This document shows, in pieces, positions 32,869-43,798 of a DNA stretch of 64,000 nucleotides. The stretch spans positions 416,001-480,000 of the forward strand of contig CAWFXA010000002.1 in the NCBI GenBank assembly GCA_963819655.1. Direction: 5' to 3'. How positions within the stretch are numbered: the stretch's first letter is position 1; each line of letters starts with the position of its first letter. Position numbers and translations under genes: made by a program. The notes below the pieces were generated by a model. It worked only from the letters and a program-made list of their open reading frames with translations, did not search any database and was not told where the DNA came from. The DNA comes from an uncultured Chloroflexia bacterium. Lineage in GTDB: Bacteria > Chloroflexota > Limnocylindria > Limnocylindrales > CSP1-4.

Positions 32869-32933
32869 ATGACGGCGGGCGAGGGCCCGATATGACGGCG
32901 GGCGAGGGCCCGATGACCGCGGGCGAGAGCCCG
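32869..32933 (+). repeat. Three tandem ~21-23-nt copies of the acyltransferase start region
   Basis: ATGACGGCGGGCGAGGGCCCG(AT) twice, then ATGACCGCGGGCGAGAGCCCG. Confidence 0.9.
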
Positions 32934-33965
32934 CAGCCGGCGGCGAAAGCCGCGCGGTCGACCGAGCGCCGGCTCGAGGCTCCGCACCGGCGACGGGGCG
33001 CCGGGCCGCGGATCGTCGAACGGGTGGCCGTGCTCGGCTACCGCGCGACGTCCTGGCTGCTGGCCGTGTTGCCGCCGGGTCCGGCGGCGACCGTCCTCGG
33101 CTGGTTCTCGCAACTGTCGTACCTGGCCTGGCCGACCAAGCGCCGCTGGTCGAACCGGAACTTCGGTCATGTCCTCGGCCTGCCACCCGACCACCCACGC
33201 GTCCGCGCCGAGGCGATGCGCGCCTACAAGGGCTACGGTCGCTACCTGGTCGAACTGATGCGGCTCCCGTCGCGCCGGCCGGAGGAGGTCGCCGGACTGG
33301 TGCCCGACATGGACATCGACGAGGTGCGCCGGCTGTGGCGAGAGGCGCCCGGCGGCGGGATGATCCTCGCTGTGGGCCACGTCGGCAGCAACGAGGCAGT
33401 CGCCGCGGCGATCGCCGATCACGGGATGCCGATCAGCGTGGTCGCCGACGACTCGTCGTTCCCCGAGCTCTTCGAGCTCCTGCGCCGGCAGCGAGAAACG
33501 TGGGGCGTCACGATCATCGCGTGGCGGAACCTGCGCGAGATCTTCGGTGTCCTTCGCCGCCGCGAGATGCTGGGGCTCCTGGTCGACTGGGGATATCGAT
33601 CGGACGGCATCCCGGTGCGGATGTTCGGCGCATGGACCGCGCTGCCGGCCGGACCGGCGACGCTGGCGGCCAAGACGAGCTCGCGTATCCTGCCGATCAG
33701 CATCCGACGCCGGCCGGACGGTACGTTCCATGTCTCGTGGCCCGACCCGATCGACGTCACCTCGTCGGACCCGGCGGAGCTGTTCCGCGCCACCCAGGCG
33801 ATGGCCGACGCGCTGGCCGCCACGATCGCCGCGGCACCGGACCAGTGGTATAGCTTCAAGCCCATCTGGCCGGCGACACCGGACGAGGCCGCCGATCTGG
33901 AGCGCCGGGCAACTCTCATGCAGGCGGGCATCGCCGATCCCGGGCCGGCCCCGGAGTTCGCCTGA
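32892..33965 (+). CDS. Lipid acyltransferase (HtrB/LpxL-PatA family) 1
   Basis: Y.RY..E, GHVGSNE, LLVDW, FG..T.LPAGPA.LA and APDQWY.F.PIW motifs. Confidence 0.88.
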   Translation: MTAGEGPMTAGESPQPAAKAARSTERRLEAPHRRRGAGPRIVERVAVLGYRATSWLLAVLPPGPAATVLGWFSQLSYLAWPTKRRWSNRNFGHVLGLPPDHPRVRAEAMRAYKGYGRYLVELMRLPSRRPEEVAGLVPDMDIDEVRRLWREAPGGGMILAVGHVGSNEAVAAAIADHGMPISVVADDSSFPELFELLRRQRETWGVTIIAWRNLREIFGVLRRREMLGLLVDWGYRSDGIPVRMFGAWTALPAGPATLAAKTSSRILPISIRRRPDGTFHVSWPDPIDVTSSDPAELFRATQAMADALAATIAAAPDQWYSFKPIWPATPDEAADLERRATLMQAGIADPGPAPEFA

Positions 33966-33967
33966 TC

Positions 33968-34960
33968 GTGTCCGGTCTCGGCCGCCGACTCGGGAGCCGG
34001 GCGCTCCGCGCGGCCTCGTGGCTCGTCTGCCGGCTGCCGGAGCGACCCCTCATCGCGCTCGCCGAGCTGGGCGGGGACGTCTGGTATCGCACGACCCCCG
34101 TTCGCGCCGCACGGGGGCGCCGCAACCTCGCCCGGGTGGCGTCCTGGCTGGATGCGCACGGCGCCGGCACGACGCTCGCCCGCGCAGCGGCCACAGATCC
34201 CCGTGCCCTGGAACGACTGGTCCGGCTGGCGTACCGCCACGCTGCCCGCTATTACCTCGAAGTAGCGCGCACGCCCGCGCTCAGCCGCGAGGACGTTCGA
34301 TCGCGCATGACGATCGAGACCGTGGGTGTCGTCGAGGATGCGTTCACGCCCGGCCGACCGGCGATCTTCGTCGGGCTCCACTTCGGCGCGATCGAGCTGC
34401 CGGCGCTGTATCTCGCCTCGCGAGTCGGTGAGGCGGTCGCACCCATGGAGACGCTGTCGGATCCGGACCTGCAGGACTGGTTCGTCCGGACGCGCGGCGC
34501 GGCCGGGGTTCGCATCGTCGGCCTCAGGGAGGCGCGCCGGGAGCTCTCGACGGCGCTGCGAGCCGGGACGAACGTCGGGCTCGTGGGCGACCGCGACCTG
34601 ACCGGTGGCGGCACGCTGACGGAGTTGTTCGGAGCGCCCGCCAGGCTGCCGCTCGGACCGGCGCTGCTCGCGATCGAGAGCGGGGCGCCCGCCTACGTCG
34701 TGGGTGTGCGCCGGACGACGCCCGGACGATATATCGGCCGCCTCGAACCCGTCGACGTCGCGACCGACGGCTCCCGCCGCGAACGAGCGACCGCGACCAC
34801 AACCTCGATCGCACGCGCCTTCGAGCGGGTCGTGACCGACGCGCCAGAGCAATGGTGGGCCGTGTTCTTCCCGATCTGGCCGGACCTCGAGGCGGCGGAG
34901 GCGCCGGCGGGCTCGGCGGGCTCGGCGACCCCGGCGGTCGCGGAGACTCCGGCACGGTGA
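33968..34960 (+). CDS. Lipid acyltransferase (HtrB/LpxL-PatA family) 2
   Basis: ARYYLE, HFGAIE, LVGDRDL, FG...LPLGPALLA and PEQWW..F.PIWPD motifs. Confidence 0.88.
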   Translation: MSGLGRRLGSRALRAASWLVCRLPERPLIALAELGGDVWYRTTPVRAARGRRNLARVASWLDAHGAGTTLARAAATDPRALERLVRLAYRHAARYYLEVARTPALSREDVRSRMTIETVGVVEDAFTPGRPAIFVGLHFGAIELPALYLASRVGEAVAPMETLSDPDLQDWFVRTRGAAGVRIVGLREARRELSTALRAGTNVGLVGDRDLTGGGTLTELFGAPARLPLGPALLAIESGAPAYVVGVRRTTPGRYIGRLEPVDVATDGSRRERATATTTSIARAFERVVTDAPEQWWAVFFPIWPDLEAAEAPAGSAGSATPAVAETPAR

Positions 34961-35793
34961 CCGAACCGCAGGGTCGTGCCGACCTGCACATCCACACACT
35001 GGCCTCCGACGGGATCGCCGACGTGGTCGCGATCGTCGAGCACGTCGCGAAACGCGGAGGCCTTGACGTCATCGCCATCACGGACCACGAGCGGATCGAT
35101 GCCGCCCTCGCCGGACGTGCCATCGCGCGCGACCGCGGCCTGCCGATCGAGGTGGTGGTCGGCGAGGAGGTGACGACGCTCGGCGGCCACCTGTTGGCGC
35201 TATTCGTGGAGCGCCGGATCCGGCCGTACCGCACGCTCGGTCGGACCATCGCCGACGTCCACGAGGCGGGCGGCATCGCGATCCCGGCCCACCCGCTGGT
35301 GCCGTACCCGCTATGCGCCCAGGGCTGGGTCCTGCGCCGGCTCCTCGACGACCCCGACGACGCCGTGCGGCCGGATGCGATAGAGACGTTCAACCCCACG
35401 GCACTCGGTCGCCCGTGGCACGATCGTGTCGTGCGGTTCGCCGACGACCACCGACTCGCCCACATCGGGAACAGCGACGCCCACGCGCTCGACGCGGTCG
35501 GTCAGGGCTGGACGACGTTCCCCGGCCACACGGGGGACGAGCTGCGGGCCGCGATCGCGGCCCGCACGACCGAACACGGCGGAGCGTTCCACGGCGCCAC
35601 CGGCCAGTTCGGGGTGTTCGGGCAGCAGCTCCGGAAGCGCGCGATCGACGCTCGTGACGAAGTTGCCGGTCGTGTTCGGCGGACCGGGACGGGACGTGAC
35701 CACGGCTATCCGGGCGGCCGGACGCGGCCGCCGCGCTACGTCTCGGCCGGGGACCCGAACGGGCACGCTCGGAGCGGCGTCGAGCGACCATGA
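34957..35793 (+). CDS. PHP-domain phosphoesterase
   Basis: ADLHIHTLASDG, AITDH, GEEVTT..GHL, AHP and GNSDAH motifs. Confidence 0.9.
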   Translation: MTEPQGRADLHIHTLASDGIADVVAIVEHVAKRGGLDVIAITDHERIDAALAGRAIARDRGLPIEVVVGEEVTTLGGHLLALFVERRIRPYRTLGRTIADVHEAGGIAIPAHPLVPYPLCAQGWVLRRLLDDPDDAVRPDAIETFNPTALGRPWHDRVVRFADDHRLAHIGNSDAHALDAVGQGWTTFPGHTGDELRAAIAARTTEHGGAFHGATGQFGVFGQQLRKRAIDARDEVAGRVRRTGTGRDHGYPGGRTRPPRYVSAGDPNGHARSGVERP

Positions 35794-37085
35794 AGATCGG
35801 CCTCGTCTGTCCGTACATCTACCCGGCGAGCGGCGGCGTCGCCCAGCACGTCCAGTTCCTGTATCAGAACCTGCGTCAGCGCGGACACGACGTCCGCATC
35901 CTCACGGCGAGCCACGGCCCGCAGAGAGCCTCCGAGGGCGACATCATCCGGTTGGGTGTCGGCTTCTCGGTGCCGATCAACGCGTCGGTCGGCACGCTCA
36001 CGTTCTCGCCGCGCTACCTCAGCCAGATCGGCTCGATGCTCGAACGGGAGCAGTTCGACATCCTCCATTTCCACGAGCCGTTCGTGCCGTTCCTGTCGCT
36101 CTTCCTGCTCCGTGAATCGACGAGCGTGAACATCGCCACGTTCCACGCGTATGCGGGTTTCTCGCCGTCGTACGAGTTCGGCAGCCGGGCCCTCCGCGGC
36201 TACGCCGAGCGGCTCCACGGCCGGATCGCGGTCAGCGCGGCTGCCCGGCATTTCATCGACCGCTTCTTCCCCGGCGACTACAAGGTCATCCCCAACGGCG
36301 TCGATGTCGCGCGGTTCGCGAACGCCGTCCCGATCGCGCGCTGGCAGGACGGCACGCCCAACGTGTTGTTCGTCGGCCGGCATGAACCGCGCAAGGGCCT
36401 GCTCGACCTGCTCAAGGCGCATCGGATCCTGCGCAAGACCGGTCCCGAGTCGCGCCTCCTCGTCGTCGGATCGGGCCCGCAGGAACGCGAGGCGCGCCGC
36501 TACGTGGCCACGCGCGGCCTCAACGGCGTCGAGTTCCTGGGGCGAGTGTCGGACGCCGAGAAGGCGCAGCTCTACAGGACGGCCGACGTGTACGCCTCAC
36601 CGGCCACCGGCGGCGAGTCGTTCGGGATCGTGCTGCTCGAGGCGATGGCGGCCGGGACGCCGATCGTCGCGTCCGACATCCACGGCTACAAGGGAGTGGT
36701 CCGACGCGGCCGGGAGGGCCTGCTCGTCCCGCCGCGCCAGCCGCGCGAGCTCGCCATCGCGATCGATCGATTACTGCGCGACCCGGCACTCCGCGAGCAG
36801 ATGGGCGCCGCCGGTCAGGCCCGCGCCGAAGAGTTCTCCTGGCCGCGGGTGACCGCCAAGGTCGACGACTACTACGGCTTCGTGATCCGCCGGCTCGCGG
36901 CGACAGGCTCGCTGCCGGAAGGGTTCCGGGCGGAGATCCCTCAGGCGCCCCCGCCGCTCCGTGCGAGGCCGCTGCTGGCTTCCTCGCCTGTCGACGAGCC
37001 GGTCGAGCCAGCCGAGCCGCCCCTGCCCGAGGCCGCGCTCGCACGCGACTCGGCGAGCGCGAGCCGCCAGACGGAGGCCGAGTAG
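35790..37085 (+). CDS. GT4 glycosyltransferase, PimA-like phosphatidylinositol mannosyltransferase
   Basis: MKIGLVCPY..GGV..H, HFHEPFVP, ATFH, EPRKG and GGESFGIVLLEAMAAG motifs. Confidence 0.88.
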   Translation: MKIGLVCPYIYPASGGVAQHVQFLYQNLRQRGHDVRILTASHGPQRASEGDIIRLGVGFSVPINASVGTLTFSPRYLSQIGSMLEREQFDILHFHEPFVPFLSLFLLRESTSVNIATFHAYAGFSPSYEFGSRALRGYAERLHGRIAVSAAARHFIDRFFPGDYKVIPNGVDVARFANAVPIARWQDGTPNVLFVGRHEPRKGLLDLLKAHRILRKTGPESRLLVVGSGPQEREARRYVATRGLNGVEFLGRVSDAEKAQLYRTADVYASPATGGESFGIVLLEAMAAGTPIVASDIHGYKGVVRRGREGLLVPPRQPRELAIAIDRLLRDPALREQMGAAGQARAEEFSWPRVTAKVDDYYGFVIRRLAATGSLPEGFRAEIPQAPPPLRARPLLASSPVDEPVEPAEPPLPEAALARDSASASRQTEAE

Positions 37086-40000
37086 GCGACGACCAGGCAC
37101 GTCGCAGCGATCGCCACGGTCAACGCCAGCGGGATGGGGCTGAGCAGCGGTGCGGCAGGCCGTGCCGCCGTGTTCACCGGGAACTGGAACGCGTACAGGT
37201 AGGTGGGCAGGAAGCCCTGGTACGCGTTCACCACGGTCGACGGTAGCGGCAGAGCCGCGAGATTCGGATACCAGATGACGAACCACGCCACGGTCGCGGT
37301 GCCCAGCCCGACGACGAACCGACGCGCGTCGCGGGCGGCCAGCACCTGGCCCGCGAGGTAGAGGAGCGGCAGGATCACGACCAGGGCGATCGGCTCGACC
37401 GGGATCCCGCGCCACGTCGCGATCGGCGTATCGGGCACGAACGACGCCGCGATGAGGCCGAGGCCGACCGCCGCCGCGCCCGCCACGACCCCCCACATCG
37501 TCGGGCTGCGTGCCCCGTCCTCGGCGTCCGCCGTGCGCTGCAGACCCGCCACCGCGCGCCACAGCACGACGCCCCCGATCGCGACCATCGCCAGCAGGGC
37601 GGCGGTGCGGTATGTCAGGACGACATCCGGGATGACCGCCGGGCAGGCCGCGGAGCTCGGGTTCGCGATGGACACCCCGACCAGGGCACACAGCGGTCGT
37701 GAGAACAGCCACATCGCGGCGGGCGCGACGATCGCCACGGCCCCGGCGACGCGCACCCAGAGCCACGTCCGGCGCGAGGCACCGTGCCACAGCTCCGCGA
37801 TGAGGTAGGCCAGGGCGAGGATGACGAACGGCAACGCCGTGTAGTAGTGGTACTGGAAGGCGGCCCGGTCGATACGCGCCCACGGCACCCACTGGGCGGC
37901 GAAGCCGATCGCGATCAGTGCCAGGGCCGGCGACCGGCGCCGGAAGGCCATCACGGACACGAACACGAGGCCGACGATCCCGAGCCACCAGATGACCAGG
38001 TTCCCCGAGTCGTAGATCGCGGCACTGGTCCCACCGGCGAAGCCCTCCTGGTAGAACCACACTGGTTTGAGGTCGAACGGGAAGGCCCACCACGGCGACG
38101 ACGCGGGGTGCCCCGAGGTGAGGCCGTTGTGGTAGTCGTACATGCTGCGGGTCAGGTCGAGCAGCGTCTGCCCGCTGTGCGCGGCCGGGAAGCCGTCCCA
38201 CAGCCGATGGTTCTCGATCGCGGTCCACGGCAGGTAGGACACGATGTAGACCCCCAGCGGGATCGCGATGAGGCAGACGGCCGTCCAGACGATCGGAATG
38301 CCGAGCAACCAGCCGGGCCGCAACCAGCCGATCGGGGCCGGATCGGGCGGGTCGAGGAGGCGCTGCGGATCGTCGGGACGCGGCGGCGCGGCGAGCGGAC
38401 CGTAGCCGACCATCCCGCCGACACGGAACGCGGCGTAGACCACCACGGACCCGAGGGCGGCGGCGATCGCGGCGAGGAGCGGGGTGACCGAGATGGGGCC
38501 GATGACCACGGCCTGATCGAGCCTGCCCAGCGCCAGCGCACCGAAGAACAGCACCGCGCCGACGGCGCTCGGGGCGATCAGGGCCAGCCACATCTCCTCG
38601 TCGGTCCAGGCGATGGGATGGAAGATCGCGACGACGACGGCGAGCAGGGTGAGGCCGATCATGATCACGAGGAATGGCAGGTTGCCGTAGCCCGGACCGG
38701 CCATCGCCAGGTAGCCGAGCGCCCCGGTCATCGCGATGAGACCGAGGATGGCGAGGACACGGCCGAGGGCGCTGCGCACCAGGAGCAGCAGCACCAGCGC
38801 CCCGATCGCGTACGCGGCCACCCATTTCGAGGCCAGCGCCAGCCCGAGGAGCAGCCCGATGATCGGCATCCCCACCCAGAACGCGGCACGGCCCTGCCAC
38901 CAGCCCGTCCAGATCGCGGCAAAGACCGTGTAGGCCGCGACGATGAACAGGCCGACGTACGCGTCGTTCATGCCGATGCGCGACTGGACGAACAGCATGC
39001 CCTCCACGAGAGCGAGGCCACCGACAGCGAGTGCCACCGTGCGCCGCTGGAACAGGATCCTCGCGAGGATGTAGAGGCAGGCGGCCATCAGGACACCGGC
39101 GATCACGCCTGGCAGACGCCACGCGAACGCGTGCGAGCCGACGTCGATGGACACGGCCGTCCCGCCGGCATCGAACACCAGGAGCTGCTGCCGGTCGTCC
39201 GTCATGTATTCGGGCTCCGCGTCCATCGCCACGGCGACCGGCTGGAACCCCACGGGCAGCACCGCATCCGCGTAGACGGCGTCCGCGTGCGGCTCGATGA
39301 CGTACACCGTCCAGCGATCGGGTCCGTACCGGTCGACGCCGTCATCGACCGGAGGCCGGCCGAGGATGTGGACCTGCTGGCTGGCGGCGTCGTAGGCAAC
39401 CTCCGAGCCGAGACCGGGCAGTGGGTGGCCGCCCTTGTCCTTGGGTCCCTCGGCCGCGTCCGTGCCCGACACGACGAGCACGTGATAGCCGGGGTCCTCG
39501 ACCGACCCGGTCGAGACGTACAGCTTGGTGTCGTCGATCCCCGTCACGAGCGCGATGCCGTGCGCGCCGCCATCGATCGCGATCGTGGACGAGGTCGCCC
39601 CAGTCGATGGGTCGATGAACGACACGCCTTCCGACGTCGCGACCGCGGCCCGCGGCAGATCGACGATCTCGATCCCGGGTAGCCGACCCTCGGCGATCGC
39701 GGCCTCGATCTCGGTGCGGCGTTCCTCGCGACCCGGGCTGCCGAAGAGGACCGTGGTGCCCGTCGCGGCGTTGACGATGCGGGACTCGTAGTCGAGCGCG
39801 TCGCCGCCGAGCAGCTCGGCTAGCACGTCGGCCACGGCAGCTGGTTCAGGGATCGCCGCCGGGTCGCCCTGTACGACAGGACCCGCGCCGGCGGTCGACA
39901 GGTCGGCGATGCCCGTAAACTCGGTCCTGCCGAGGATCTCGCCAGTGCTGCCGTCGATCACGGTGAGGTCGGCGTCCGACGCTGCGAGGATCGTTCCCTC

Positions 40001-42302
40001 GTCCGTGACGAGCAGATGGTCGACCGGGTGGCCGACCGAGGCGAGCTCGACCGGCGTGATGTCGCCCTCCGGAGCGCCCAGACCGATCAGGTCGAGCTCG
40101 ACGGTCGAGATGGTGCCCTCGTCATCGCCGAGGAAGAGCCGCGGCTCGGTCGGGTCGATGGCCAGGGCGCCGACGCCCGGGGCAGTGATCCGGCCGATCG
40201 TCTCGACGGGTGCGCAGGTCCTCGGTCCGGACGATGTCGCCGGTCGCGATATGGAGTCGTTCGCCCGCCCGCGCCGTGCCTGGATCGTCGCGGCGATGCT
40301 CGATCGCCACGGCGCGGACCGGGTCACCGAGCTGGCTCGTCGCCTGGACGTTGTCGTCGCCCCATAGGGCCAGACCGCCGGCCATCGCGTACTTGGCCAG
40401 GTGCGGGTGGGTCCACTCGTAGATCGAGTGCGATTCGCCGTAGCGCCAGTCCTGGAGGAACTCCGTGGCCGTCCGGGCGTGGTAGACCTCGTCGAAATGC
40501 ATCTGGTACGGCTCTTCGAGGCGGAAGGTCCGGAGCCCGAACGTCGCCAGGACGAGCACGACGAGGAGCCACGCGTCCAGGCGATCCAGTCGCCCGCCCC
40601 GCTCGCCCATCAACGCACGGCTGCGATCCGCCCGCCACGGCACCGCCCGTAGGCGATCGTCGATCCAGCCGCGCAGGCCCGTTTCCTCAAATCGCGCGGG
40701 CTCGGACCAGGTGGGCATGGTGACGGCGGCCGGGGGCGCGGCGGCCTGGATGACGGCGGACGGACCGGCCGGCCGGCCGAGCTCCTCGCGCGACTCGTCG
40801 CGGGCCGGCTCCTCGGACGCGCTGAGGACCTCGCCGGTCAGGCGAGCCATGGCCGCCGGCCGGAGCTGGAGCCAGGCCCACGCGAAGGCGACGGTGTGCA
40901 AAGCCGCGACCAGGGTGACCCCGATCTCGGAGCGGATCAGCGACCCGACGCCGAGCCAGTCGGCGACAGGGTTGAGGGCGGGGTCCTTGGGCGGGTAGAT
41001 CGTCGTCAGGACGACATACATGTTGGCGAACGTCGCGATCGCGAGGATCACGTAGGCGATGCGCCACCGCGGCGAGACCGCGAACAGGATCGCCCCGAGC
41101 GCGAAGAACGGGAACCCGTAGCGCTCGTGGACGCGGGTCGGCGCGGCGAAGAAGGCAAGGGCGGTGACCGCCAGGACGACGAGGATCGTGATGCGGTCCG
41201 GGCGACGCCAGACGGCCCACAGCCCCGTGAGGATGGCCAGGATCAGCAGCGCCGCGCCGACCACGACAGCCGGGATCGCGCCGAACTGCACGACGCCCGC
41301 GCCGCACGCGTTGTTCGGCACCACGGCGTCGCAGACCCATTGGCCGGCGTTGGCGAGGCTGATCCCGAGGTTGCTCGGGACGACCGCCCACGCGTTGTAC
41401 GCGTTGACCGTGACGTACGGGTAACCGCCCCCGGCGAGCGCGATCTGATCGATCAGCCCAGACGCCAGGAACGGGGCCTGTGGCGCGAGCTCGATCACAC
41501 TGAGGCCGAACGGCAGACACAGCGCCAGGGCGGTGAGGTAGCCGGCCAGGCCGGTCGTCAGGATGCGCACCGGATGATCCGTTCGCGCCTCCCATCGGCG
41601 GAACCTGCCCTCCGGCAGAGGAGCATCCGGCAAAGGGGCATCCGGGTCCCGCTGCGGCGGGCGCAGCGCGCGCCGGATCGTGACGACGGCCACGATCGGC
41701 ACGAGGATGCCGAGCTGCGGCTTCACGATCGCCGCGATGACCGTGAAGATCGCCGCCCGTTCGGGCTGGTCGCGCCACAACGAGCGCACGCCGAGAAGCA
41801 GGAAGAGGACACCGACCGAGTCGACCTGGCCCCACACGACGTTGTCGAACCAGAAGACGGGGTTGAGCATCACGACGCCGGCACCCACCAGGGCCAGCCG
41901 CTCGCGTCCGCCGAGCTCGCGGACCATCGACCACACGAGATAGCCGAGGCCCAGGTCCGCGAGGATCGGCGGGATCTTGATGAGATCGCCGATCCCACCG
42001 GCCGCCCGCCCGACCGTCCCGACCAGCCACAGGACATACATGTAGCCCGGCGTGTAATCGTGGAAGAAGTCGCGCTGGTAGAACCCGGACAGGCCGTTTC
42101 GGGCGAGGTCGTCCGCCCAGAACCGGAACGAGACGAGGTCCGCGTCGAAACCCGAGCCCGGGAGCAGGTATAAAAGGATGAACCGGAGGGCGAGTCCGAG
42201 GGCGAGGACGATCAGGACTGCGCCGACGGCCCCCTGCGTCCCGGTCGACCGAGGCGGCGCTCCTGTGCCTCGCTCGTACGCACCAGGATCGGGGCCAGTC
42301 AC
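36941..42302 (-). CDS. Very large (~1790 aa) GT-C + PMT-family glycosyltransferase fusion, frameshifted at ~40206
   Basis: N-domain DYTPGY, KIPPILAD, WGQVDS, KPQ, RVHERY; PMT motifs FDEVYH, EWTHPHLAK, AWRLP, FVQSRIGMND, HPASSPWW, FQYHY; the two listed ORFs join at ACC-CGT-C-GAG. Confidence 0.8.
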
Positions 42303-42334
42303 CGGGGAGATCGGCTCCTGAACGAGCGTGGAAG

Positions 42335-43798
42335 GTGGATCTGAGCGTAGCACAGGGTCGCCCGACCGACCCCCCAGAGGACCTGGCGGCGAGCGGCCCG
42401 GCGACGATCGCCGTCGCCGTGGCCACCGGCGTGCTGCTCGCGGTCGCCGCGTTCGGCGTCTATCGCGTCACGCACGCCGACCGCTACTACGATCATTTCG
42501 TGTGGCAGGCCGCGGCCTTCCTGGAGGGCCAGGCGGCGATCCGCTACCCGGTCGCGACGACCGCGGAACGACTGGGCAACTGGTTCTTCCAGGACGTTCT
42601 CCCGATCGGCCGCGTCGATGGCATCGATCGCGGACTGATCCCCTTCCCGCCGCTCCCCGCCGTGCTGCTGGTCCCGTTCGTCGCGGCTTTCGGGTTCGCG
42701 ACTGATGAGCAGCTGCTGTTCACGATCCTGGCAGCGATCGACGTGGCGCTGTGTTGGTGGATGATCGGCCGCCTGCCCGTGTCGACCGCGGTGCGGTTCG
42801 GCACGACCGTGTTCTTCGCCTTCGGCACGGCGTTCTGGTACACGGCCCAGAACACGACGACCTGGTACCAGGCCCACATCGTGGCGGTCGCGTTGACCAT
42901 GCTCGCGGTCGGACTGGCGTTGGGTGCGGATCGGTCGCGTCATGTGGTCGTGGGACGCCCCGGCGCGCGCGACAGTGACAGCGACGGAGCGCGGTTCGGT
43001 GTCGATCGACGCGGTTTCGCGATCGGGCTGCTCTTCGGTCTCGCGACGACGGCCCGCCTGACGGTGATCCTCGCAGCGCCCTTCTTCATGCTGGTCGGTC
43101 CGGGCAATGGCTGGTGGCGCCGCAGCTGGTCGGTCGGGATCGGGGCGGCCATCCCGGTCGTCGCCCTCCTGGCGTACAACATCGCCACGACCGGCCACGT
43201 CTTCCACCCCGCATACGACCACCTCTACCAGCTCGAGGCGCGTGCCTACACCGGGCTGGGCTACCACCCCGACTGGGCGGCCGAGGATCCGCGCTACCTG
43301 CCGCAGAACCTGGCGATCATGCTGTTCGCGGCCCCGGAGATCCTGCCAGAGCGCCAACGCGACACGCTCGGGACGATGGACCGGCCGCTGTGCACCACAC
43401 CGGACGCCGGCCGGGGCCTGTTCGACGCCGCGTGCCCTCTCGCCCTGCCGCGCGACATCGGGATGAGCATCCTGCTCACGAGCCCGGCGTTGCTACTGGG
43501 CCTGGCCGCGTTCCGGGACCGGGCTCGTCGCCGGATCGTGGCCGCGGCCGCCATCGCCGTCCTGCTCGTGACGGTCGCCAACCTCATGCATTTCAGCCAG
43601 GGCTGGGTCCAGTTCGGATACCGCTTCGGCAACGACACGCTACCGTTCGCCCTCGTGCTGGTGGCGTTGGGGTTCTCGCGGCTCGTCGACCGGGATCCCC
43701 GGCCGCGCTGGGCGATGCCTGTCGCGGTCGGTCTGATCGCTGTGTCCGTCGCCGTCAACGCCTGGGGTGTCGTGTGGGGGCGTCTCCTCGGGTGGTGA
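42335..43798 (+). CDS. GT-C-fold membrane glycosyltransferase-like protein
   Basis: Polytopic; PFPPLPAVL, WYQAH, LAYN..TG and GWVQFGYRF.ND motifs. Confidence 0.65.
   Translation: MDLSVAQGRPTDPPEDLAASGPATIAVAVATGVLLAVAAFGVYRVTHADRYYDHFVWQAAAFLEGQAAIRYPVATTAERLGNWFFQDVLPIGRVDGIDRGLIPFPPLPAVLLVPFVAAFGFATDEQLLFTILAAIDVALCWWMIGRLPVSTAVRFGTTVFFAFGTAFWYTAQNTTTWYQAHIVAVALTMLAVGLALGADRSRHVVVGRPGARDSDSDGARFGVDRRGFAIGLLFGLATTARLTVILAAPFFMLVGPGNGWWRRSWSVGIGAAIPVVALLAYNIATTGHVFHPAYDHLYQLEARAYTGLGYHPDWAAEDPRYLPQNLAIMLFAAPEILPERQRDTLGTMDRPLCTTPDAGRGLFDAACPLALPRDIGMSILLTSPALLLGLAAFRDRARRRIVAAAAIAVLLVTVANLMHFSQGWVQFGYRFGNDTLPFALVLVALGFSRLVDRDPRPRWAMPVAVGLIAVSVAVNAWGVVWGRLLGW

Noticed and set aside
36941-37085. 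145-bp convergent overlap of the pimA-like and PMT 3' ends
   Set aside because: Both tails are largely low-complexity, and such overlaps are common in GC-rich genomes. No evidence of function.
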